Shown: positions 45,563-60,227, counted from the stretch's first letter. The stretch is 64,000 nucleotides of DNA from Raillietiella orientalis (GCA_036172245.1 JAYWIR010000001.1:9176001-9240000); one strand, 5' to 3'. Made by a program: numbers and translations. Notes: a model not told the origin generated them from the letters alone.

Positions 45563-47010
45563 ATGAATGATAAATTAGATTTGTCATTAGATTCTAGTAT
45601 TGATGTTGTAATGCATGTGGATGATTCTGAGGCTAAGGACTTAATTGGTGTTTTGAGGACCCCAAGTGATGAACATTCAGCAGACCAGGTAGTACATTGC
45701 CTGCATGGATTTTAGTCATTTTGTTCTCCAGAATATATTGTCTAATGACATAGATGCAACTGATTCAGTTTGTAGCTTAGATGAATTGCCATCACAAGAG
45801 AATTTAGCTCATATTTGGACCAGGTTAGCATTTTTGTGTGTGTTTTTTCTTTAAGTCTAAAGAATGTTCTTTAGACTGGGATTAGGTTCTAAGCCCAAAT
45901 CGGATGTACGCATAGATACCTTGCATGTGCGTGGAACTCAGGAAATGAGCACAGAGGATGTAATGCGCTACTTCGAACCTTTTGCTCCAGTTTCAGTCGA
46001 ATGGATCAGTGATCATTGCTGTAATATAATTCCACTTGGCTGAGTTGGGATATGTACAGATTAAGCTTTCTCTCAGGTAATGTGATGTGGAAGAATGCTC
46101 AGGCTGCTGCACAGGCTTTACTAGGAAAGGCCCAAGCTGTTGTGTTTCATAATGTGGATAAGCCCAGTAGTCTGGTGCATGGGGATAATGGAGAAGACAG
46201 TTTCAATGTACCAGTTAGCCACTGTCTTCATGCACTATCTGTGAAAATGGAAGCATCTGAGGTCTCTGTGCCTGTACCTCCAGGGATTTGGGTGGTTGGT
46301 CGTAATTTTGACAAAGCCAAAACTCTTTTGTTGCGTTTTGCAACTCGCAATGATCGGAAAGTTCGTGGAGGGGAGAAATTAAGTCAGTATTATGAAAAAT
46401 ATGGCAATCCGAATTATGGAGGTAGCTGTACCTTTCTGCTGCATGCTCTTAATTATTATTTTCAGGTTTGAGAGGTAAATTGTCAACTAGTCGCAAAAGA
46501 AAGCTTAGGCAACAAGAAAGCAATGTTGGCAGACAATACCTCAGCAGAGGGCAAAATTTTTCTTCCGAATTTGCCGAGGTAGATATTAAAATTCAGTTGT
46601 TTTCTTACGTATATGCGTAATTAGGATCAGCCAGTTCATACTAGAAAAGTACCACGTATGCGGATGTACGCTGATGAGGAACTTCCAGGCACACTAAGTC
46701 GTCGATTGGATTTGAAAGTCCAGTTATGGGTTAGTCAGTTTACAGATGGCTGTACTTGCCTTTTCTTTATGAAAGTGTAATGCAACTTTATGTGATTGGT
46801 TTTCAGAATGGACCTAAAGAAAAGCTTATCCATCCACCATGTACCCCTCCTAATTCGGATGAAGAAGAACAGCGACGTCGTCAACCAGATAGATTAGTGT
46901 CTGACTTGAGGGAAAAATTGAATAGAAGAAAGGATACACAGACAAAATCGCTCCTTTCTTTGGAATTAGATACCAATGAGTATTATGATATCATTGGTTA
47001 TGACAGCTGA
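45563..47010 (+). CDS. NCBP3: Nuclear cap-binding protein subunit 3-like (~376 aa, 7 exons)
   Basis: Exons 45563-45688, 45732-45823, 45875-46020, 46077-46421, 46466-46578, 46625-46729, 46807-47010 (1131 nt). Motifs: LHVRGTQEMSTEDVMRYF, VEWISDHCCNVMW, LLRFATRNDRK, SQYYEKYGNPNYGG, RMRMYADEE. Confidence 0.88.
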
Positions 47011-47058
47011 TCTGATAACAATAAATGATTATCTTTGAAGTAAAAGATTCTTAATTGA

Positions 47059-47094
<36 letters not shown>

Positions 47095-47115
47095 ATGTCG
47101 CGAGAGAGAGAGAGA
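47059..47115. repeat. Compound microsatellite (AT)n-(GT)n-(GA)n
   Basis: Adjacent atatat..., gtgtgt... and gagaga... tracts in the NCBP3-mRpL1 spacer. Confidence 0.9.
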
Positions 47116-47220
47116 GGCAGGGACTCACATTTGTGGGAGGGGTGTGACGCACCTCCCTTTCCCGAGTCTGTTGTTGACTACTGTATAATAGATAATTGTA
47201 ACTCATAAGTAGGGTGAGCT

Positions 47221-48972
47221 ATGTTCAGCCATTTACTTTGCACGTCATTGCAAATTGTGCAAAAGAGCATATGTGAATGTTCAGCACAGTCATTTGGTCC
47301 CCCTGCCAATGTTATCCAAGTGTGGTCCAGAAGTTTTGCAGCCAGGAAAGGAACTAGGGAAAAGCGTTTGAAAATTCAACGAAAGATAAAAGCCCAACGG
47401 TTAGAAAAAGAGAAAAAAGAGGCTGCAAAAGCGGAGCTTTTATCTAAAAGAGTGTATGTATGTTTGGATGTTGAACTATAGTACATTGTCCTCTCATGAA
47501 GCAAAACAAGCAATGAGCCTCTCCGATTTCGGGATCGACACCTTCCAGATGCAGTTGATGATGTTTACTATCTCTGTCACTTTAAGGAGAAGGTCTGGAA
47601 TTTGGAGGAAGCTATCCAAGCTCACCGTGATTTACACCATCCAACAATGTACAACGTGCCAAATGCATTACTTATAGCTAGAATAGAATTGGACCTGTCC
47701 CTGGATAAAAAAGTGAGTAATCAATCTTCCATCTGACTGCAGTGAAGTCCAATGACTTCAATGTTTGTTTCATACTAGAATACTTTTGTGGATGAATGGA
47801 GTGATGTTGTGTACCTACCTCATTATTTTGAACATAGTAGTAAACGTAGAGTGCTTGTATTATGCAATAATAAAGATTTGCAAGCTCGGGCAGTCGATGT
47901 AGGTGCCAGTTACTCAGGAGGATCAGAGTTGGTTAAACAGTTTCAGGTGGAGTATCAAAAAACTTCATAATATATGCAGATCAACTGCTACATATAATAA
48001 CTGTAAAAGATGCAAAGTTCAGTATTGGTTGTATAGTAATTACTCATGCCAATGCAGTTTCCCTGACTTAATTGTGATACAGTTATGTTCAGGTTACTGT
48101 GTGCAGTATTTTTGCTTTAATACTATCCTTTGTGATTTGCATGATAAATGATGTGATCTTTAAAAAAAATACCATATTTTTCTGAATGTATATTTAAATG
48201 CATTTTAGTTAGAAAATGAATTTTTATGTTGCCAAATGAAAACCGGAAAATTAGTTTCATCAGCCATCTTTCATTTATACTAACCTTTATGGTAATAGAG
48301 CAGTGGGTCATTACTCCTATGGCCAGTTCATCCATATGTGTAATAATTTCTCATGAACGGATTACATGAATTTTCACTTGACAGTCTTTAATATGCATGT
48401 TTTGCATTGCTAGTATTAGTTGAAATGTAACATTGGTTATTTAAATTGTTTCTTCTTTCTTTAGAAGGGACAAATCGCTGCTGCAGATTTCGATTTTATT
48501 GTGGCCCATGTTGACATGGTTCAAGATTTGCACCCATTACGTGGTTTGCTGAAAAGAAGTAAATTTCCTAGCATTGCTAAAGGTATGTGAAAAGTGTGGG
48601 AAAAGTGATTTCATGGTTTCCTCTCTTTTTTTTTTTTTTCTTCCAAAATAAGGAACTTTGAGTGATAATGTAGAATATATGGTTAGACGTTTTGTAGAAG
48701 GTCTAGATTATCAAGTAGCAGTTCATGCAGTTGCAGCAGACTATGGCTGGATTGAAAGGCCTATCGGGATGCTTTCGATGGATCTTGGGATGCTTGATGA
48801 CAATTTTCGAGCAGTCATCGAGAATGTCTTGAGTAAAAAGCCTGCTGAGAAGAAAACAAAGATGGTGACACGTGTACTTATGAAGACTTTACACTCACCA
48901 GAAAAGTTGCGTATTGATCATGCAAAGTACTGTGCTGATGATGAGATTGAAGAAGACAGTGATGAGGAGTAA
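47221..48972 (+). CDS. mRpL1: Mitochondrial ribosomal protein L1 (uL1m, ~349 aa, 5 exons)
   Basis: Exons 47221-47453, 47502-47712, 47779-47946, 48465-48582, 48653-48972 (1050 nt). Motifs: RSFAARKGTREK, VDDVY, HRDLHHPTMYN, GASYSGGSELV, LRGLLKRSKFP. Confidence 0.9.
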
Positions 48973-49828
48973 TGGTAGGAAATGAAAGTCATGAAAGGAT
49001 TGTACTGTTTTTGAAAATCCAACTGTTAGACAAGTTGATATCTGTGGTTGTTGATCATGGCCTGCTTTTTCCACTTCGGTGGAACATTTGTTTGATTCTT
49101 TATCAAATTTATGCCACAATAGCACATACAGCGTCCGTTTTCAATAATAATCAGGTTTAGTTTAACTGATCTTATTCATTTGTATAGCATGCTCGTGTTG
49201 GTTTCCGTATTGGAATCTTATATTCCATCTTTTGTTTTGTAGTATTTAAAATATTTACATTAAGTCTCATCCTGGAAGCGAATACAACTACAACTATATC
49301 CGTTATTTGCAGAAGTCTTTATTAACACATTGCCTTGGAAATCACACTTTACACAACTACCAACACATTAGTTCTCACCGATTAATAAAACGGATAACTT
49401 ATTTGTGAATCCCTGGAATCTTTTTGTTTGTTTTCCAGTACATTTTTAAAAGCATTTATATTTTTATTCATTTGTTTTATGCAAATACATTTTAATAATT
49501 ATGCTTTGATACTCAATGCTCTGTTGCCAATCATAGCATCTGGAATCGAAAAACTGAAATGAAATTTTGATATGAATCTGTTTTTATTAAATGAACTTTC
49601 TGCAAATTAGCATATGCCAGAAATATGAGACTACTACATGATTATGTCATAATTTAGTCTAAGCTTCAAATGACCAAATTCGTACATAACAAATAAATAC
49701 TGCCAATGCATTTAGATTCTCATTTCATCTTGATTTGTCACATTTCTGACATGATTTGTAATGTTGGAACATACACAGTTGATCATATCCACTAACTTGA
49801 AGGGAAGAGAATGTCTTTGTGAAATACA

Positions 49829-51660
49829 TTAAGATGGATGAACAGCTACTGATGCTGACTCGCTGAAGTTAAGGAAATCCCAAATGAGGATTGTATCATC
49901 ATGGGAGCTGCTCACTATTTGAAATTCATCAAATTGTAAACGGAATACACGCCCAGAATGTTCCTGGTTGTAAAAGTATTAAAAAATGAATAGACAATCA
50001 AGTGTGCTTACCACCAAAGTTCTTATACACAGAGTACCTATCGGTGCACGTGGATCGAGTGCTGCTTGTAAATCCCAAACCTTGATTTTACTACAAATGT
50101 AGCACAACAAATGAAAGTAATTAATGCTTTGTGCTCAAACTCACCCATCATAGGCTCCACTAACAATTCGCTTCGAATCAAATCGGATGCAACGCACTAA
50201 CTCTTCATGGCCTTCCAGCACACGTAAACAAGAACCACATTCAATGTCCCACAAACGAATAGTATTATCCGAGCTGCCACTAACCACCAAACGATCTCGG
50301 TATTGCAAACAAGCTATTCCACGTTTGTGTCCATTCAGTGTACGAACAAATTCACATGTAGTAGTATCCCACACTTTAATGGTGCGGTCACCAGATGCTG
50401 ATACAATATATCTGTCATCAAAATCTACCACATTGACAGCAGCTCGATGACCAACCAACATACGACGCAAGTTTATTTCAGATGGAGAGACCATATCCCA
50501 AACAGCAATAGACCTATCCTTGGAGCAGGTAACCATCATCCCATTGGAGAATCTCAGATGCAGCACAGCTTCACAGTGATGGTAGAGTGTGTTGACCATT
50601 TCACCAGTAGTTACATTCCAAACACGAATTGTTGAATCACTCGATCCAGAAATAATAACATGTTCATCATACTGCAAGCAGAGCACAGATCCTGCATGCC
50701 CTCGCAAGACATGGGTGCACTGCAAGTCTTCTTTCCTCCAGATTTTAATGGTATTGTCTCGTAATCCCGACACAATCTTAACATCATCGTACTGCAGACA
50801 GTATACACCTTTACTGTTCTCTGAGCGGCAGTTGATTCTTTGCAAATTATGATATCCACAGCGCCAGTTATTCTCTATGGTCTCAATATCTTGTTTAATC
50901 TTTGGATACAAGCGGCGAAAATACGCATGACTTTGCTGCTGGCTGTGTCCATGTTTAGGCTTGAAAAGATTCTCACCCCTAACCATTAACATTTGGTGAC
51001 CAGGCACCAACCAAGATATTACCATCCACGCCTATCAGCAAGTCCTTTCCACAGAGATTCGGTGCGAACTCTTTTTTCAATGTATTTCTTCCATAAATTA
51101 CCCTCAGATACAACCCGATACCACTCCTTGCAGACAAGTTCGGATGCACATAAGGACTTGGCATCAAGATAGGACAATATAGTCTCAGCAATATGGTCTA
51201 ATCCCTTTTCTGACATCAAACATTTTCAAAGTACTTGGAAAATTTCAATACTTACTGGGAAGCAAGGATATAAAATCCCTCTGCAGCATTGGCTTGAGAA
51301 ACATATTGATGCAGCCATGCTGAGAATGGCACATGTGTAATAAAAGATGTTCAACAAATTCCACTTGATTTTGTTCATTCCAATTGTCAAAATACTTAAT
51401 GCAAATGTTCCTTTCTGAGAGATACTGTGGGTCTTTTTGAGACTGACAGTTTACACTCTAGAAGATACATTGGTAATAAAACAAAAACTAAATTCAATAC
51501 AAACTTTAGGTAGAATCGTCTGAATTGCTAAGCAGTTTGGACTTTCTTGGGAAATAAAAGATGCCGATGATAAAGGTGGGCAATATTTACATAGTCCACT
51601 GATGGTTTCATTTATTTCAATACTATCTGCAAATGGAACTTTCATCTTATCAGATTCCAT
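49829..51660 (-). CDS. slmb: beta-TrCP/Slimb F-box WD40 protein (~530 aa, 6 coding exons)
   Basis: Exons 51660-51505, 51457-51256, 51209-51023, 50978-50145, 50090-50012, 49963-49829 (1593 nt). D-domain ([15 protein letters not shown]...[10 protein letters not shown]), F-box ([19 protein letters not shown]) and WD40 repeats ([10 protein letters not shown]...[15 protein letters not shown]). Confidence 0.97.
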
Positions 51661-51697
51661 AGGAACATAACTGCTCTTCAAACACGCATTTCATAGC

Positions 51698-54600
51698 CTA
51701 ATGGCATGATACAATTTTATGAATTCTGTTTTAAACAGTGGACCTCATTTGCAGTTATTAAAAATTTCCTCTACCATATCATGACAACTCAGTCCAGAAT
51801 TGCATCTGACTAGAATAAATCACTGGTTACAAAGAATCTGATGGACATCATAAAACAACACACCATATCTTCAAATTTGGAAACTTGGTACAGAAATATT
51901 CAAAAAACTTTCATGAAAAAATATTCATCATATATTATCTACAACAAACATGAAATAATAGCAGTAAAATCATATGGACCATACACAATGGATTTAGCAA
52001 ATATGGTATTAAAAACATACATGGATTCATATTTACTCTAGCTGCCCAAATTAGGCAAAACCAATACTTTTGACGGTAGGAACACACTGAAAAAGTTAGT
52101 GTTCAAAACATTTAGGTAGCATACTTGAAAATCCGAGTTAACAAAGAACAGCATCGGAGGAAAACAACACAAAAAAATCACAAACGTAATTTCGAGTTAT
52201 TTTTTTTTACTGAACGTGCCACAAAAGTTATCTGTAAACATATTGATAGGGTGGTCGGATGAATTTACTACTTTCCATACCAATATGAAAGATTCTTATT
52301 AATGATCTGTGCTCTTTAACTGCAACTATGATGAATATATTTTAAACAATTGGTAACTTCAATTTCATTTTTAATGCAACTCAGTAAATAGTAGAGAGAA
52401 TACTTTTTCAATTGTACAAGCACAAAAATCAGTTTTCTCCTCTAAAATGCAGTATGATGAAAATTAAATAACACTGAATACTCAGTTCTGTGAAGTATTT
52501 ACGTGCCTACATGAAAAACAACAAAGGTCACAATCAAAATGACTATAGTTTTAAATGAAGGAATATATGAATATAGTTTTAAAGCTTTAATATGAACAGA
52601 TCTATTTAATTTTCATGTGAACAAAGAGCAATTACTGATATCATTCTAAATGCTTTTCTATTATGAACTGGATGGAGCAAAAGTATACTCTACGGAGTAA
52701 AATGTAAATGCAAGGAGAAAAACTGAAATTCAAGACAAATAGAGCGGAATAAAATGATAATCTGCTTACACACAATTGGAAACTGGTCATCAATCCTACA
52801 CACGCACTTTATATAAAACAACTTTCAAAAACACATAAATATAATCCAGTCAGTAAAAAAGGAATACAATACTCCTGACATTGAAGTACTATGAAACAAC
52901 CAATACTTCAATTTGGATTATTTTGCAAAATCACTGGAAAAGTATGCTTACATAGGATAATTGTAATGAGATCTTTAAAAATTACTTTAAACACTTTTCT
53001 GTGTGAAAAATGTTGTGAAGTTATGATCTTGCTCTTTATGAAAATGGAAATCTCTTAAGGATAATTTTATGGAAATCTCTCATAAATGCACAAATGCATT
53101 ATGGATGTCAACTTTTTTAGCTTTCCAAAATTATATCACCATAAAGGAAACTACATTACCAATGTGTGCTGGCAAAATAAAAACTTCATTTTCTAACTGT
53201 GTGCATTTATAGCAGAAAACCAAATGTATGAAATCTGCTTTATACAAATACCTATAAAGTTCAGTATCATTAAATTTTAAAATCGATTACTCCGATACCT
53301 ATTTAGCCCAGCAAACAAAATACAGTTTATGTTCTTGCAATCAAGTGAAAACTGACAACCATTTGAAAGCACATTCTTTAACACTTTCTTCTACTCACTT
53401 TTACGTGCATATGCACACCTGGCATTCTCATGGGTATTCAATAATGAATACCATAAGCATATTTACTGAAACATCAATTTCCCTAAATGGAATACATGCT
53501 GTATGAACTCCATCTTACAATCACATACCCCACATCACACCTCGAAACAATGATAAATAAAAATAAAAGCAGACAAAGTAATATGGAAATCATCTCAATA
53601 ATGCTACATATGTCAGGTTTTTCCTCCTAATTCTTGCATTTACCCACCTTAATTCTTCCTATGCATTATCATGCAGATAACTGTAATTTCATGACAATAA
53701 AATTAAACATGCGAAAACTGCTAATTAAATACCATGCAAATATCAAATATGCTTATTAAACATGAGGTAGCCAAATCAAAAAATTTCATTTTTTAGCTTC
53801 CTACTTTTTACAGTAGCATTTAAACTATCCCTGCACTCTTGAATCATCAAAGTAACTACAAACCAAACAATTTTTGAACCTACTAATCACAAAAAGCTCT
53901 GATTGCTTTTTAAAGATGTGAAGCATTTGTTGCTCCATTCCAAATTTGATACCAAAGCAATATTACATGACTAATTAAGACTCCAACTCAACCAAAAAAG
54001 AAAATAGTTTACACAAGCAGCAAATAATCAACCATGCTCCTGGGTTTCAATACTTGTTTTTTGCATGTATTTATTATGTCACAAAAATAATTCATAGAAT
54101 ACAATTTAATCAAGGTTACAATATTCTTATGAGTAGTACAAAGTATTTAACTCGAAAAAATTCAAGAACACTCTACAAAAAGAAGTGAATTCAAATTCCG
54201 TGAGTTATATTACATTCGATTTATGTGGGAATATGCTGAAAACCTAAAGGGAATGAAATGACACATGCAAATAGGATAACTTGAGATGACCTCAAAATTG
54301 ACAAGATCATCAAGATCACAGAAACTTTCTGTGTATGTTTTCTAATTATTGAAAAAGCTATGCTCTGGTTGTACCCTAGAATATTTTTCATAATTATATT
54401 ATGGATATCTTGGCACTCACTATTACAAAAACATTGATCCTTCAAAACATTGGATTTCATACAAATGCAAAAATTAATTTGCCAAAAAATGAATTATATA
54501 AACCATTTTAAAACTTTTCATGTAGGTGTCCTCATGATCATGTAAGTTTTATTTATACAAACAACAAAATTTTCACAAAGTAAACATTGAATTATACAAA

Positions 54601-56128
54601 CGTAGTATTAAATTAATATTCCTTATAAAGTAATGGCAATCACAGACAATAATCACCTGAACCAAACAACAGGAGGAATGAACTGAAAATACAATATATT
54701 CATTACAAGAAGAAAGAGTTTGAAAGTGATTTTTTCCAGTTTGGTACACAGAAAATCAAAACTGATCCCCATGCATGTATTTTCCTGAACAAAACTGAAA
54801 TTATGGATTGAAAAATCTGATTTTTGGTTGATTCTCTACATGAAATAACCTACAAATTTATAAATTTTTTGAATATAGTTGAAAGTTTTTAATAAATCCT
54901 TCACCAAAAAGAATACATAATTCTGCAGTATTTACTTAATTCGAACGATACAGATAATTTTAAAATCATTAACAAACTTCTACAATGACATACTGGCACA
55001 TTTCGAAATCATTAAAACACCTACACTCATTAAATATCCTTTAATATGATAAACATGCTGGTATTCAGCTTTTCATAGAAATGATTGAATAGTTTAACTA
55101 CAGCAATTATTATATAATGGGTATGCAATGGAAAAATAAGTCTTTTTTTTTTTTAATAATCCTATTATAGCATTCTTCAAATATGAAAGATGGAAGTTAT
55201 TAAAAAGAAATTTTTTGCGGTAATTTAAAAAATCTGAACGTAAAATACAACGGATTAATAAAACGATAACTTTAAAAATTATTAGATATCAGATCAACAT
55301 ATTTTTTGAAAAAACTAGCAATCTATGAAAAAAATTAAAGGATCCGGTAAAAACTAACGAAAATTGCAGGTCAAAGAATGTTTTTTAATGGCATGTGCTG
55401 TGAAGGACTTGAAAATTCATGAAATATTCTTTAGCATTAAAATCCAGCACCATGATGACTCGCAAACATCCGACAAAACACAACTAGAACTAGGTAACTG
55501 GCCAAACGATCACAAATCCACTTCGGATTTCCATTAATGTGAAAAAAAAAGGAATAATTAATGCTTACTTTACAAATGGATGTTTGTAAAGTAGGCATAT
55601 TAAAAACAACACAAAACTTGAAATTATAAGTACAAAAACTGATTCTGCTCCAACCAGACTGCAGCAATAGTCGTCTTCAAAATGTTAATATTGTTCAAAA
55701 ATTCAAGAAAACATACTCTGCATATTTACGGAAAACGCCGATGCACATCACATTCTGAACAAACCCCACGGTGTGTGAAATTTACGCATGGGGAAACAAA
55801 AAACAAAAAACCTGTCGAAACAATCCTGAACCTTCAACATATACACCTCGCATGCAGCTGCCACAAATTTCAGATTCACAATTAACAAAATCCCACCTCG
55901 ACACGATTATGGCACACGCTTTCATCTTCAGGTTTCCTTCGCATGCTCTAAAACAAACGAAATCCAAATATCCCACGATACACAGAACTACTACGACTAA
56001 ACGGGAATCACAATTTACTGATTACATTATTTCCACCCTAAAAACAACATACAGATGTATTATAGCAAAAAATGACAGAACGCAACATCAAAGATTAGTT
56101 CCTAAACAAAGAAACGAGATACACTCAC
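51698..56128 (-). other. Probable ~4.4-kb 5' UTR intron of slimb
   Basis: AG acceptor at 51699-51698 and GTGAGT donor at 56128-56123. The interval is A-rich on plus (T-rich on minus), as in other introns here, and has no recognisable ORFs. Confidence 0.45.
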
Positions 56129-59100
56129 GTAACAAGCACCCGTAACAATTCAATTGACCTAATTACAAAAAGATTAACTGGTTTTTCAAATCGCCAAAAT
56201 TTAAAACACATCTCAAGTTTGAAATATGTCATACGAGTCCGCATCAAAATCTCCAAAGCTCATAACCGTGATAAGGATACTGACACAACCATTTTAAAAT
56301 CCTGAATGACATCAGCTGATTATTGACAATCAGAATGCTCAAAGACATAATTTTAGATATGATTTCAGCATTCCACATTCTTTTTCAAAGTTTCACTTTC
56401 TAAACTTGATAAAACAAATGTATAAAAATTAAAAAAAAATGGATAAATATCAGTAGCGTGATCTGAGTTTTCCGTTTTGCAGAAATACTGGCAAATACAG
56501 GGAAGTTCGATACAAACACAAAATACTAACTTCGGCACTGATTTCTGTATCTATACTTGAGACAAATATCTTTGATGGAAAGCTTAATTTCGCATAATAA
56601 TGTGAGCTGGAAAGATTAACTTCATCAGTTGATCGGTCTGAAAGATAATATGTTGGGTTACTTTGTCTACAACCACCTTTTACTGGTTCTCCATACACGT
56701 GTGATCCTGAAGCTCATTCTCGTTTAACAAAATCCTGGAACTTAAGTGCAGGTTAAAGCATTAATGAATGAAAAGAGAAGCGTCAAACTCGAGAAAATCA
56801 TAATACATGATCCGAAAATAACTTCATTGTGAAACTGAGTTTTACGTATGTATTGACGAATGCTGAAAATTTTCTAAGTTATTACGAGCTGTCCAGGCGA
56901 GATTTATAGTCGACTCAAAAAATGGATATAATTAAGTACACAATCACAGGATAAACAAGTGTCAAATATGGTGACAAGAATTTTCTGAGTTGCGTCCGCA
57001 ATAACCTCATCACAGCATGTCGACAAATCCGAAACTAAATCCTCATAATGCACTATTAATATTAGTAACCCATCCACTATGATCGCATGAGTTTTTAAAC
57101 TAAGATTATTCAGTTTGAGGGCTTTGATTCACAACGCCAAATATGATGTGTTTTTTTTCCACATCATGAACAATAACGTGTTAAATCATTTAGAATCCAT
57201 GAACTTGCACACAGGACTTTTAAATTTTCAAATTTGTTGTATAATGTATTCCCTGATGTACAATGGAGCTTACGAATATGCAATTAATAGTGTAACACCA
57301 AACATTCAGCAAACTGAAATGAACAAAGTGTGTGTATGCTCATCTAGGGACATTACAGGAGGTTGTAAACATGAATCATCTCGGTGAACGGTGACCAGTA
57401 AACTTTGTCTAATGTACTTAAATTGCTATGTTCATCATGAACGTGTGACACCTTCGGAAGTTTAAAGTTTATTTTGAAGTTTCATGTTTTATGCAAACAA
57501 TTTTGGAATGTTAATAAAACAAAGCCTTGCCACGACGTAAACTTCTCGCATCATTTTTCCACTTCCAAATGATTCTTGTTTTGAACGTAAACGTCCGTGT
57601 ACTTTGAATCAATCCCTTTTCGTGTATAATCAGCAAGTTGTAAAGTTCTAAGATAAGTCACATAGGGAACGCACGTTGGATGTGTTTGCATAATCCATGG
57701 GAAGCACTGTGAGCATTATGGAACAGTTTTGTAAAAAGGCATGCATAAAGATTGGGGTGAACCCCAGTAACGACTTGACGTTCCACTGCAGAAAGAAGGA
57801 ACGGAAAAAAAGGTCGAATGAAAAAGAATGAGGATCTAGGAAAAAATGAATTCACACCGAGTGTGATAGGAAATTAATCTGCATTGTTTCTTTCTTTTTA
57901 GATCAGCATTCTGCAGATAGAATTTGATCAAACAAACCAATTGAGGATTTTCGTTGACGAGAGTCTCTCGTTGAAATAAAGAAACATTCCAAGTTGAAAA
58001 TTTAGGTCTTCTTGAAATTAAGCGACTTGAACCCTTCTAATGGAAGAATGACGATTTCCTTACCAGACAGCTAATCATCCAAAATTCACCGCAAATGATA
58101 TCAGTTGTTGAAATTTGTCTCGAAATATCGAAATTCCGTTTTATGAGATGCCGGAGACCTGCTTTTATTTTGTGTCACTGATTTGGCTACTTATTCAGAA
58201 TACGTATTCATTTTACTATGAAAAAGAAAAGAAAATTTTCAAGAAAACAAAGTATCAGTGATTATCAAGTTTATAAGAAAATAGAAAACTTACTGTTTGA
58301 ATCATTTCATCTTTGGCAGTGTTTTCATTTTTGTTTTCCGAGGATTTAGGGGTTTTCTGAAATCAACACTGTCTTTAATTGATCAGTAGAAATTCACTGA
58401 AGGGTTGAGGAACATTCCAGCATTCATATTTTCTCAGAGTTCTTCTGAGGAATGAAAGGATGCATCCTCAGTCACCTTCCAAAGGGGAAAAAAGACGAAA
58501 ATTCCGCTGAAAATACATTTTCAGATTAGGGAAAGGGAGATTTGCTGTTTGCCGGTAGAAGTATTTCAAAGAGCCTTGATGAAACAGTCGTTTTCCTGTG
58601 TATCTTTGTCAAGAGATGCCTTTTCTTGGATCTCTCCAGCATGATCTTATGGATTCTCGCGATTTTCTGACATGAAAACTGCGCTCGGAAATTACGCTTC
58701 CGAATCCTCAAGAGTGGCACAGTGCTGCTGTCCTTATGAAATCCTCATAACTGAAACAACCACTTTTGCAGAACTTTCGCTTCCATCCACTGTGAAGGCG
58801 AGTGATTAATTAAAGGCTTAAGGAACTTTCAGGGACGAATTCAGAACTCCATTCAGGAAAATGCGGCTCTCCCGTACATGACTGGACTTGCTGTTTACAC
58901 GAGTCTTTTGAAGAGAGGAACTGTAATGTACTAACATATTCTACTTGTTAAGTTTCATAAGTAATGAAAACGTTGCCTGTCATCGTTTTTCGCCCGGGAT
59001 CTTACCCGAGCGGTGAGGACAGGAATTTCTCCAGGCTGCTTTTGGTGAAGACTGTAATTACAGCTGATGTGACCATTTCCAAAACAGGTGAAGATCGCTC

Positions 59101-60227
59101 AACGTGCAAATTATTTTTGAATCCAAGAGCACTTTGCTGACCCTGTCCCATGATGGAATATTTGATTTCCCAAGATGCGAATGCAAAGAATGATCCGGCA
59201 GATTTCAAATCCTTGTGTCGTTGCAGTGGATATACTCTGTACTCGAAAGGTCCCTAACGGGCACAATTGTACTTGTGCTGACGTATTGCAGATTGTACGA
59301 ATATAAAGTACTGAACATTTTCGAGTCCATGACCCAAGTTCGTTTTGGATCAGAGCAAAAAGGCCCGTTTCGAAACGAGAAAAGTGGAGTCGAGAGATCC
59401 CATCTCCAATTTCCATGTGCCATTAGGAACATTTCGTTTTTCTTTTGACGTACAAGAGAATCTAAAAAACTGACTGCGATCTCAAAACTTCAAAATTAGC
59501 ATGATATGTATACCAAGGTATCATAGACGCACACTATCGCGCCACTTCTGCTCAATGCACACATCTTTTTTGAAAAAGACAGAAAGTCCATTAGTTGTTA
59601 CTCTTTGAAGACACAGGACAGTTTCGTTCTGGTTTCCATGCTAATGGGTTCCCCCTCGTTTTTTTTATTGTGTACCTTTCTAATGGGTAAGTGTGAGGAT
59701 GCAATTTCATGATGATCTCGACTGTTGAGTGACCTTTCCTTGATTTTGAAACGAAGCGGTTTTCGAGTGCCTCCTGAGCTCCCAGAAGGAAATCCACTCA
59801 ACCTGACTTCTAATTTCTACAGTTCCATGGAACAACGTTCCTTTTTCGTTGTCTACAGAGGCTACTACCCGAAAAGTACAGAACTAAAAAACTGGCACCT
59901 TACTGGCAATCAAGTTGTTTCAATCACTATAGGATGCTAAATAGCACAGATGTCTCTGTCGAAACTGATGGCACAAACACTCCTTGCATTTTGGGAATCG
60001 CAAACTGAATTTGCTGATTCGACCAAACATAGGTTGACCAAATAGAAATGATGAGGAATTTTAGTTCCGAATTTCAAAGCGTCCCTTCCATTTCGGTAAG
60101 AGTAGACTCAAGCTTTGCCTCCAATTTCAGGGATGGGAACTCCTGAAACATTGGATAGGAACAAACTAATTCGTTTCACTTAATGAGTGGAAACCCAGCA
60201 AGTTTCGATCACTTCGAAAATAGAAAC

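Noticed and set aside
52452..52480. C/D-box-like ATGATGA...CTGA
   Set aside because: Boxes are only ~13 nt apart and on the strand opposite the host intron.
58500..60100. Short ORFs and a GTAAG donor near 59004 (minus)
   Set aside because: No recognisable protein and no coherent exon chain.
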